From assembly GCA_030704615.1 (NCBI GenBank), contig CM060732.1, positions 558,001 through 622,000 of the forward strand: a stretch of 64,000 nucleotides of DNA, in the 5' to 3' direction. The DNA comes from Takakia lepidozioides (Eukaryota; Plantae; Bryophyta). The notes under the pieces are model-generated. The model saw nothing but the letters and a program-made list of their open reading frames with translations, searched no databases and was not told where the DNA came from. Position 1 is the first letter of the stretch, and every line of letters begins with the position of its first letter. This document shows, in pieces, positions 50,940 to 61,875 of the stretch. Position numbers and translations under genes: made by a program.

Positions 50940-51402
50940 CTTGTATTCAGTAGGCACAGGGCTAAAGATTTGATTGCACAATCAGCACAGTAGACGTGCT
51001 TCAAATGCAATTCATGTGGATCAATAAAAACCTCATTGTGCCCTCTTTTTATTCTATTCTGTGTCCATCGTTCCCAGAATGCGTCATTGCTCATTTCGTT
51101 TGGGATTGGGAGTGTGGGTGGATTTTGCAAGTGGCTGGTAGGCGGAAATGGGCCCCCATTGTACAGAGCAGTACCACCCTACCATTCGTGAAACATTGCC
51201 TTGCAATATATAATTCTAAATAACATTGCCGAACCTCCTTCATCGGGAGGTCCTTCTCCCCCTATGACCGTGGCACCCTAAACCCTATTCCCGCGGACAC
51301 TCATTTCCGGAAAATAGTGCTGCTCATGTTTTTTTCTACACTTACGACTCTGCTCATGGCTCATGCCGCTCATGGCTCATGGCTCATGAAATAGCAGCCC
51401 CC

Positions 51403-54400
51403 GACAGCACTGTGTAAATCCGTCCATACCCCGGGGCAGGGACTTTGGTGAAACGAGTGACCCGAACCTGCAAAATTCTAGCCGATTCCATCTTGCATTC
51501 GTGATCTGCACCCGAAGCGACACGGTGCACTGTTTTTCCATCTCTTTTTGTTGGGTGGGAGTTGGCACCAGGTGGAGGCATTGCCGGAGCATGTGGCACA
51601 TCTGTGCCAACAGTGCATGAGGGCACCACCCGGGACCGTGCAAGACAGAACCCTCCCTCCTCCAGCATGCTTATCTCGGTTGATGACAGCGACGTCCCAA
51701 GTTTCACAGGCCAAATTGCGGGGGGAGGGGGCTTCATTATCACCGAAGGACAAACTGTTCCCTTGACGCATCGTGCCATATTGTCTGGGCAGAACCATAA
51801 CTTGTGGTCCTTTGACTCCCCACTATGATAAGGTCGGAACAACCCTGTGACTGTTGGAGCTGGAGTCCCCCTAGAGCCTTTGCATATTTTTTATTTGCAT
51901 TTCTTGAAAGAGGGGGTCCGAATTGTCATGCAAGCCACTCTAGATCCTGGTGGGGTGCGTTCTATATGCCACTCACTATCAATGCAATCAGATTCATGCA
52001 CCATGGCCACCACCTCCTCCAATGGGATTCTTGTTGTTGTGCTTGCATGATATGCACCTGCTCCACTGGAGGAGGACCCACCTGGGAAGGGGCGGGCACA
52101 CGACTTAGTCTACACTGGAGACACCCTTGGTACAGAGAAATTGACCCTGTCCGGCCCATGGGAATCTCCATCCGACCTTGAAGGAGTGTTCAATTTCCTT
52201 TTGCGTGATCCAAATCTTTCCTCGCCTTCCAAATGGGGGAGCCTGGATTGCAAAGGGGAGCCTTCAGTGCACCTGTTCAGAGCTCTGGCCATCTTCGATG
52301 GGTCTCCGAACCTACTCGCAACCCTTAGCATCAACAAAGTTGTATCAGGGCCCTTGCATCCGCCCCGTCCCATCAGAAAATTGCGGTACCTGGTTTGTTG
52401 TGTAAGTGCCCGCACCATGTCATCAACAGTGGCCACATACAAGTCACGTCCTGCTTTGGTAGACTGCTGCATCCAGGCGTTGTGAACAGTCTCCGCCAAA
52501 TTACAGGATGGCATGTTGGCCAAGTCCTCGAAGGACATGTCCTGCAGGAGGCATTGCATAGAAATGTGAGGAACGAAAGGAAATGGAAGAGGTTCTGCAA
52601 GTGACAATCCAACAACCCCAAATGAACAGGCATGATGCAAAGTGAAATTTGTGTTTCTGGGATTGAAGAGGCTTACCGTCGTCATGAAAGCTCCCCATTG
52701 TTTGTACCTGAAGTGCTAGAAAACCAACCAGTCCTCCAACTCCTTCAGGTGGATACCAGTAGCAGCACCAGAGGAGAACCACCAAGCCCGGATTGCTTGG
52801 TAAGTGCTCTCAGCTTCTCCCATTGAGGTGGCATTTTTGTACTTGAGGTAGAGCCTTCTGTACTCCAACTGAAGGTCAGGGCGAATGCAGCGCTTTGTAT
52901 GACGTGCCAAAGATTGACTCCATTGGAAGAGGCATGTGCGCTCCCTATTTTCCATTGGGACCTTAGGATCCCCGAACCAAACACGCGCCGCACTGCATTG
53001 AAATTTGCCTGTGCACTATCAGCCATGAAGCCCGCAAAATTTGTGTTCTGTATTCCATTGCGCTGCATGACGGCCAGGAGCGAATTCCACATGAGCATCT
53101 GGGATTCAGTGTCCTCCGAGTGCATATCACAAATTGCTATAGAGAGCACACGTTGGTACGCTGGATCGTACACATGGCACGCCATGGTTGTCCAACCTTC
53201 ACCCGTTTGCAGTGATCAAACATTAACCAACATTTTGTCAAATCTCCTCCAGGTTGCATTCGGCGGACAATGCTCACACCACTGCCTTCGCCCACTGTGG
53301 ACATCTTGAACAAATACACCTTGGACGAGCCCTGGCCAGGGAAGATACTGTTTTGAATGAATTCATAGCGACTCCTCTGTTTGAGGTCCATAATGTTGTC
53401 CATGAATCCAGCAGTGCCTGTGCCCATTCTGAGTGCATTCACCTGGTTTCAAATATTGGGAGAGCTCAACACGGAGAAATGGTCCATCACTGCCTTAAGC
53501 AAATCTGCATCCAACATTGGTTGTGTCGCATCCCCATCACCCAGTATGTGTTTTTCCAGGAATGCCTTGGTAGCTGCAAGCGCTATAGCAAAAGGTGTTG
53601 CACAAGGGGCATTGTGGAACTCCTGCTTCAGCAGATTTCTAGCGATGTCCACCCTATCCCTGCAACTTCCTTTGGACATAGGATGCTCGTGTGTACCCAT
53701 ATGAATGCAAGCACGAGTCATTGTCTTGCATCGGTGTGCCACCTGGTACATACGAGCGTGGCACACAGAAACACAAGACGGGGAAAGTTTGCAGAACTTG
53801 CACACAAAAGTATTGGTCTTGGGATAGGCAAGCCCTGGGGTGAAAGGATTCAGGGGCACACCTTCCCACTCACTTTCGTTTGGTTTAGCGTTGTTTCTTA
53901 GGCGAGGGCAAGAAATATTCACGCACTTACAATGCCCAACGCAGACCGACCTTCGAAATTTCAATCCAATGTCGTTGTGGATGTTCGACGTTTTTGTCCT
54001 GCACCAAGGGTGTCCGTCATGTTTCTTGTCCATGCCCTGCAGAAGCCCAGCTAGTCCACTGGAAGACATGGGCGGTTGAGCTCAAACAAGATGTCCCTAT
54101 CAAACTCTGCTGGCACGTATTGAACCCGCTGCACACGATGGGACTCCCAATCAACAAAACGCAGCTCGCTCTTGCACCCAAACACCCCTGCGAGGGCTTT
54201 CAATTTTGGAATGACACTCGTTATCTCTTGCAACTCGTCATCATCCAAGAATGGAGTCTGCATTGGCGGAGGAATCTCAAAATCATCCTCCGAGGACGAG
54301 TCTGAAAGAGTCACGAATGTAGTGGATGTGTGCTCACATCTTGTTTAACATGAACTGTGCCCTTCTGTTGCATGACCGATGCTGCAGCGCCAGGGGTAGC

Positions 54401-54865
54401 TACTGATCCTGCTGATTGTCTTCTCTCTTTTCCAAGGACCCGGTATGTGCCTGGAAGGACTCTCCACTTCCTTCCACACTCGCCAACCAATGGTTTCTCC
54501 AAGTGCCCAGAATCCAAATTCCCATCCTCGTCATACACCTCTTTTTGAACAAGCAGAGAACCCAATTCCAGAGGGAACACTGTAACCAGCTCATCCTCAT
54601 GAACAACTGCAAACCCATCGTCATCTACAGTGGCAGTCAGTGGAAGACTACCTGCATTGGAATGAAATCGAGCGAGTCTATCTCGCTCCCTGGACATGTT
54701 TTTGTACACTGACAGAAAGTTGCGATTCATAGAGGAATCCCCGAACTGATAGCCCGTGATTCTTGAAAGGGGATCCACCCCAAACAAATTGAGGTCAAAA
54801 AGGGTAGCACTGACCCAAAGACTGCGGGCGATGCATGCAAAGGATGTAGGAATGACATGCACCAA
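51403..54865 (-). pseudogene. Family-A GCM-MULE transposase, 5' part (interrupted by the B insertion at YTVLS)
   Basis: DGHPWCRTKTSNIHN..VCVGHCKC; RACIHMGTHEHP; WLMFDH; FMADSAQAN; CNLAETVH; ends GYGRIYTVLS at 51403. Confidence 0.9.
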
Positions 54866-55349
54866 ACTTCGCAGACAGCCACACTGAGAGACACCAACCA
54901 GAAAAAATGTTTTCTAAGACAAGAAGCCACAAGAAGCCGTGTTGTATTTGGATGAAAAACAAACCCTGAACATGACATAAAATCATCCATTATGGAAAGA
55001 CGGCAACAACCCTGGAGAGCAGTAAAGAGGAAGACCCCGAATCTAATGAGGTTGTGCTGTGCCATAAGAGCACAACACAAACACTGACACTCCGGGAGAC
55101 ACCTCGCATGAGTGTGTGCAACACATGACCATTGCCGACACAACCCTTTATACCGAATGACCCCATTGCGACGGTGACGGCGAAATGCAAACCGCAGGGT
55201 AGGCAGTACAACACACGTGGACGCATATGTGAAAGCATAACAATTATTGCGAATCTGCAAGTCTCGCTCGAAATTGAACTAGCATTAGATTTCTACGGCA
55301 CTTCCGAATTTCAAAGAATGCAAGAAGGCTGTTGGGAGGTGCGACTCGG

Positions 55350-56070
55350 ATGGAAATGCGCTGCCGCATTTCAGTTCCGATGGTTCACGATTTTCAGTCA
55401 GAACGGAAATGCGGTACCGCATTTCCGTTCTGGATAGTATGAATGTCTCAAGCGGTCGGAATTGCGCTGTCTCAAGCGGTCGGAATCGCACTCGGCTCCA
55501 TGCATCAGATACAAAATGGAAATGCGGCGCCGCATTTCCGTTCTGGAATGTCGGAAAGTGCGACTCCGACAGAAATGCGGTGCCGCATTTCTGTTCCCGT
55601 TGTTCATAATTCTCAATCAGAACGGAAATGCGGTACCGCATTTCCGTTCCACCTTCACATACCGTGCTTGTTGGATGGAAATGCGGTACCGCATTTCCGT
55701 TATGGAGAGTATGAATGTCTTTTAAGGACGGAAATGTGTTGCAACATTTCTATCCCTCAGCTCCATGCATCAGATACAAAATGGAAATGCGGCGCCGCAT
55801 TTCCGTTCTGGAATGTCGGAAAAGTGCGACTCGGACGGAAATGCGGTGCCGCATTTCTGTTCCCGTTGTTCATAATTCTCAATCAGAACGGAAATGCGGT
55901 ACCGCATTTCCGTTCCACCTTCACATACCGTGCTTGCTGGATGGAAATGTGTTACCGCATTTCCGTTCTGGAGAGTATAAAGGTTTCCCCTGGACGGAAA
56001 CTGGGTGCCGCATTTCCGTCGCTCTGGTGCATGACCAAGAAGCAATACGGAAATGCGGCGCCGTATTTCC
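55350..56070. repeat. B palindrome array upstream of the transposase (~14 copies, with a ~270-bp duplication)
   Basis: Direct reading. Confidence 0.95.
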
Positions 56071-56484
56071 GTCCACCAGCAATCGAAAGAATCACTCGGG
56101 ACGGGAAATCTGGAACCTCAATGGGTTGCATTGTTCCGAAACAACATTGCGGCCAGTCTTGATGAGCACAACTTGGTTGTCTGACCGTTTTAACTAACAG
56201 TCCTGGCACTTGTCAGTGCGAACGTTCCTGTCTGCACCGAGAATACTGCTGGATCCACCCTCAGGAGAAACTGTCAGGAGATGTTATTTCGTCGCCGAAT
56301 CGGCCATCATTGTCATACTTACTGGCTATGGAATCAAACCTCCCACCTTCATGCATGTAGCTTGAAACAATACTTTCCACTTCAATGTGCGACTTCCAAT
56401 CGTCGATGGACTCCGCATGGTGCCTGTGAGCCTTGGTCTGTCGCTATTCTGAACCTCGCACTTGCCAACTCCGTGCGGTGTTCG

Positions 56485-59400
56485 ATGGCTCCGAATTCCT
56501 ACGCTATAGTTTGCTGTCCTCCGCAACTTGGGAGAGCCTGGATCCCAAACGAGGGAGGACTTTGCAGAGTGACTGAAACTTACCTTTGTTCCAAATTCAA
56601 GCTCAAACCGGGCACAGTTTATTTGGAAGAAGAAAGGAAGGATGTTCCTGGACAGGTTGACGAGACCATTGTCGTGCTAGGTAACGACGGAGGTTGCGGA
56701 ATCGAATGGCACGTTCCCCCATCAGACACCATCTTGTACCGAGCTGTGGGAATGCCCATTCCCTTTCCGAATCAGTCGCTGCCCACACCATCCACAAAGG
56801 AGTCCGGAAACCAAGAGGCGGCCACTGCCAACAGAGAGGTATGCAACGATAATCATTCCCGACCTGGACCGTCAAGACCCTCCATAGCTTCTCGTGTGGA
56901 CGTATTCGACATTTCCGACGAGGAAGATGATTGCATTGAGGTACCCATGTCCTCCACACGGTCGTTCAAATCCGGCATGGACGTCTCTGTCGGTGCTACG
57001 AATGTGCCCTCGAGCATAACTCCAACCCGGTCCATTGTGCAGCTCCTACGACAACATCACCTCGATGGTTCTCGCTCCGAGCTGGCTGCTCTCGACTATG
57101 CCAAATTCCCAGTCAGAAAGGTAACGTTTCTGCCTCCCGAAGTCGATGGCAATGTCATCTTCGAGTTTCCACCTGTTTCTTTGTCAAACAAAGCCTCCGG
57201 GATGTTAACAGACATGGATCGAAAGCATGACGGACACCCCTGGTGTGTGACGAAGACCAGTAGCACGAAAATTGCTGATGGTGTTCGTGTACGATATGTC
57301 CTCTGTGCGGGGAAGCTGAGGTGCCTCAATCCCACCTGCTTCCACTTTCTCTCCAAAGGAGGGCGGAGAAACGAGACGGATTGGACTGGCACAACGCATC
57401 ATCCATTCATTGTCTCCAGCCAAGCTCCTGCGGGTTCTTTCAAGTGTGCACATTGTAAAGAACCACCGACGTGCATGTCCATGTGCAGAGCCAAGCAATA
57501 TTACGTAATCCATTTGCTCCCGGACTTGACTAGAGCTTGCATACACGTTGGGGTCCACTGCCACCCCTTGGCGAGAGGCAACATGCGTGAGGCTGTGCAG
57601 GAAGCACACGACATCATAAAAGAGGAGGTGAAATTGAGCCCCGGAGCCAGACCAAAGCAGATTCAGCTGAAGGCAGCCCACAAGATTGCTCTTGGCAAAA
57701 TCATGTCTGACGATGGTTCCGACCGAGAGCCCTTGACCGAAGACGAGATGCATGACCTCTTGGAGTCCGTCTCGCACGTTTGTAGTCCGAATGTGCGGAA
57801 TCACATCGTATCTTGCAAGCAGGAGTTCGGCAGGGGGTCGGACATGTACTCAATCCTGGAGGTGAAACGAATGACTGGATATGACTACATCCAAGGTAGC
57901 AGGTTTCCAGGGCAAGGCAGCAAATTCAATCGTTGTTACATTTTCAAAATGTCGACGTGTGGGCCTGGGAGTGGAGTCGACTTGGTCACTCGCATGACAA
58001 CTGGAAACTTGTCGAATGCTTGGGTGATGTTTGATCACATCAAGCGAATTACAAACCATCAGTGGGTGACTATGGGTGCGCATGTTTATGACTATCACTC
58101 CAAGAGGCTCATGACGATTGCAATCTGCGAGATGAAAGGGGAGGACACACAGTCCGAGATGCATCTGTGGGAGGGCATAAACGAGCAGATGGCAAGGGCG
58201 GGATTGCCAGAGCCCAATTTCAGGGGATTCATGGCAGACAACGCTCAGGCCAACTGGGCAGCGGTGCGGCGTGTGTACGGTGAGGACCCCAATGTTCCAA
58301 TGGAGGGGAAAGAGAGATCATGTGGATTCCATTGGATGCAGAGTCTATCCCACTACACTACCAAATTTGTTGCTAGCTCATTCCAGGCTGAACACCGTGT
58401 CCTTTGTACGGCGTGGAAGGATGCACCCACATTTGATGACGCGGAGGTTAAGTTTGCTATCATCGAGGCTTGGTGGAACACGTCAGGTGCAGTGGAGACA
58501 ACCAATCTGGGAGCATTGCACAGCTGGTTGGGGTGGTGGCATTTTCGGTATCGACAGTTCGGACAGTACATGCGGGAGGTACGCTGCTGTCAATTTCGTT
58601 CATTTGTCTTTCTGTTACGGACATTTCGATTGGTCCCTCACCATTGTTTGTGTCCTTCTAGGAGCGGTGCTTGGATTCCGACACGGACATGCCGAACACG
58701 AATATGGCAGAATCGGTCCACTCCTCCTGGCGAGCGTCTTCTGCCGCACATCTGGTGGACGTAGTGACGGCCACAACGGAGGACATCGACAGAGCAATCA
58801 TGCAGCAAGCCACGTACTACAAGTTCCTGAGCGGCAAACAATGGGGCTTTGGGCCGGACAGGGAGGAATTGTTGGTACGAACAGCTTCGAGGTCCAAGAA
58901 TCCAGTGAAATGGGCGACAGCATTGCGAGAGAAGATCAAAGGGACGCCTCTGCACCGCAGAGGTGAACACCTAGAGGGGAACGTCCGGACTCGCCCTGTC
59001 AGGCGGAGGATTGAAGAGGAACCCGGGTGCTAAGAGGATTCCTGGAGATCCGACAGGAACATTCGGGCAGCACCTCGAGGTCCCGTCATGTTGCCGCACA
59101 ATGTGTCTTCCAGCAGTGGAAGCCCAAGAAATTCCAGATCGACGTCGCCTTCAACCGGGGATTTCGTGCAAAAAATTCCCACCGCTCCCTTGCCCCAGAT
59201 TCCGCCCGCTGTTATGCAGTATGGCCAAGCCATTGTGGAGACGACTGTGTCTGCCTCACAGTGGAGAATTGCTCGCATAAAGCCGTCGTTTCGAGGAAGG
59301 TGTTCCGCAATTCGTGTGGATACACGACAACGTTGTTTAGAGATGATAAGGAGGAATCCAGATGGGGCTGTCCCTGCTCCTACTTTTACAAGAAGATTTG

Positions 59401-60092
59401 TCCATGCAAAGTTTGCGGAGGCGACAACCACCCAGTTCTGGTTCTGCAGGCACGACATTATGACTTGCGTGTATGGAAAGCCCAAGTACGGCATACAAAC
59501 AATGCTAGAGGCTCCCCTGGTGTGGCCGGTGGAACCAGGCTGCGATCTGAGTCAGGTTGAGGCCGACGCCCTTACCGCCGCAGGATTTCGGATGGTACAG
59601 CGCACTGACGTCCCCAGAGAACCATTTCCGCTTCCACAGCCTCCACCACCGACCCCTGTGAGAGCAAGAACAATGGGACACGACAGCTCTAAGCATCCTA
59701 CACACCGTTGGGGGAAACCAAAGAGGCGGCGACCTCCCTCAAAAGTGAACGAGACAAGGATGGGGAATGCACTTCGGATGAAGTGTACAATCCAGAGCTT
59801 GACAGAAGTGCCCCCACCAGGATTCGGGCGTGTGTATCAGATGGCCACGGCGGGCTCAGCTGTTCGCAATGAGGTGTACACCATCACCATTTCAGAATTA
59901 CCCACCTGCAATTGCACCGACTTCCAGATCATGGCGAACAAGGGGGCATCATACTGCCCTTGCAAGCATTTGTACTACGTGTACCTAAAGAGACTCCGTT
60001 GTAATTCCACAACTCATCACTTCATACATGCACCAGGGTTGAGCCCCCAGGAGGTTCACACTCTTCTGAATATGGATCCAGGGGACCAGTGA
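56485..60092 (+). CDS. Near-intact family-B GCM-like/MULE DDE/SWIM transposase (one intron ~58579-58660; one premature TAA at 59031)
   Basis: 827-aa open frame with DGHPWCVTKT..LCAGKLRC, CAHC, RACIHVGVHCHP, VMFDHIKR, FMADNAQAN, CGFH. Next exon has TNMAESVH. 58671 and 59088 ORFs are in the same frame. SWIM CNCTDF..CKH. Confidence 0.9.
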
Positions 60093-60944
60093 GCTTGGCT
60101 TGCGGTCCACATACAATGGTACGCCCATCCTTTTCGGATAGTACAACTGTACTGCTGCCAGTACCTCAGACTCTGGCCACAGAAAGGTCCGACATATGTC
60201 TTGCCTACCAGTAACCTGTTTTGCTCGAACTAAGATATTACTATATCGTTCACTTGTTTCCACGTGCATGTATTTTTGTATGTTGGAGGGTTCATGTTTT
60301 TCTGCTTTCCGAAAACTTGCTTTCCTCATTCGACCTCCGACAAGGAAATGCGGCGCCGCATTTCCAAGTATCGTCGTAGGTACTGGTAGAGGCGGCCTTC
60401 GCCAACACCAAACCGCTCCGAAATTTCGCACGTGCGAACCCTAATGCGGCACCTTATTTCCCAGTTCAGTTGCAAACCTTTCCCGCCGAATACCCGAAGA
60501 AGACAGAATTGTGAAGTACTGCAGACTGTATTGGTGCAGACTCCATTGGTTCAATCGCGGCAAAAGGGTCAGCTTCATTCCAATGTTAAGGCATGTAAAA
60601 CCGCGGAATACTCTATACAGGCCAGTATGCGACGTCCTTTTGCAGTGGTATACTGGATTTCCCGTTGCACGGTCACTTATTTCCATGAGCGGATCTAAAA
60701 AACCATGAGCGGACTTGTTACTGACGACATATCTTTGCCGCATTACATGATCTGGAACGTCCAAAAACGGCAAGGTCAAATAAAAAAACTATTATTTTAA
60801 TACTTGTTTAATCTGCCGCATTTCCAAATTTGGAGGAGTCCGCTCATGAAATCCGCGTATCTTAGACTTCGGCTCACCGCTCATGCGGCTCATGCGGCTC
60901 ATGGCTCATGGCTCATGGTTTCTGCTCATGAAATAGTAAACCTC

Positions 60945-61226
60945 GTGCTGTCTATTGGCTCAGTTCTTCATGGCAAAGAATATCAGGTTACCGTGGGGAA
61001 TTTCCCTACGTGCACTTGTCCGGATTTTGTAACGATGCGTGAGGGCGCTCTCGGCATGAGAGGGAAGTGGGTCCCCTGCAAGCATCAATATTACATATAC
61101 CTTGTAATTATGTGCTGCGACGGTAAGAGAGACCAATTCATTCACCAAGCCACACTAGGCTACGGAGAAGTAATCACCATTCTGCAGCGGGACACCTCAC
61201 GTAGGGCTCCGCCAAATTCTCTCTGA
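60945..61226 (+). pseudogene. Family-A transposase, 3' SWIM-encoding part
   Basis: VLSIGSVLHGKEYQVTVGNFPTCTCPDF..WVPCKHQYYIY continues exactly from 51403. Confidence 0.9.
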
Positions 61227-61875
61227 ACACATACGAGTCATGCCCGCTTCCCATGCTGGTTTCCAAGTTACCGTGTAAAGACTTTGCATTTAGGACAAAC
61301 ACATACATTTCGTTCGCAGAACCAGGGCAAATGCACATGCCATTCATTGTAAGCGTCTATCTGTGAATTGAAATAAAGTGTGTCAATCATTTTGAGCTCA
61401 AATCATATTTTCATATTCCTCTTTTTGTGCAGGCATTGCAGACATGGTGCATGGTGGCCCCCTTTGTTTTGTCCACGGTAATAGGCCCTCTTCCTGCAAT
61501 CCTCGCCTATAGGACTTGCTTCTCCAGCAGATTTGTGCCGCTCATGCTTCCCTGAAGCGTGAGCTCAGCTCCCAGGCTCACGGGGCTGGGCTCACGCCGT
61601 AACTACGCTGTGGGGGGAGTTGACCCCTGGAGCAAAGTACGCTCGCTGGTGCCCTGCGTGGCTGCACCAGGCGCCATAGCTGGGCCCGCACAGGTATGAC
61701 ACGAGCGGCAGAGATGACGGAGCCTGCCTATTACCCGCTGGACCCGCGCCGGCGGCGGGCCAGCCACGCCTCGCCACGTAGCGCTGGCCGCGAGGTATCA
61801 GTCTTAACCGCTGGGTAATTCGACGGACCCCGCCAGGGACTGTTGGTCCCTGGATCGGGTATTTTAAGGGGGGTT

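Larger units (their letters stand above)
41985..51402. mobile_element. Nested family-B element, cargo arm (now inverted)
   Basis: Ends in the TIR ..GCTCATGAAATAGCAGCCCCC (51402) followed by GACAGCAC = rc of TSD GTGCTGTC. Confidence 0.85.
55335..60944. mobile_element. Nested family-B element, transposase arm
   Basis: Ends GCTCATGAAATAGTAAACCTC (60924-60944) followed by TSD GTGCTGTC. Confidence 0.85.
32738..61610. mobile_element. Complete family-A Mutator-like element (~14 kb of its own sequence) containing a nested B element
   Basis: Left end GGGGGGTGCTATTCTGTGAGC with GTGAGCCC repeats; right end rc CAGCGTAGTTACGGCGTGAGC; flanking direct repeat TGGGGGGA(G) at 32729-32737 and 61611-61619. Confidence 0.85.

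Noticed and set aside
56485-60092. Assignment to Zisupton/KDZ or hAT because of the 8-bp TSD and SWIM
   Set aside because: Core motifs (D..D..CxxH..N.AE followed by a C-terminal SWIM) fit the Mutator family better; phylogeny is still needed
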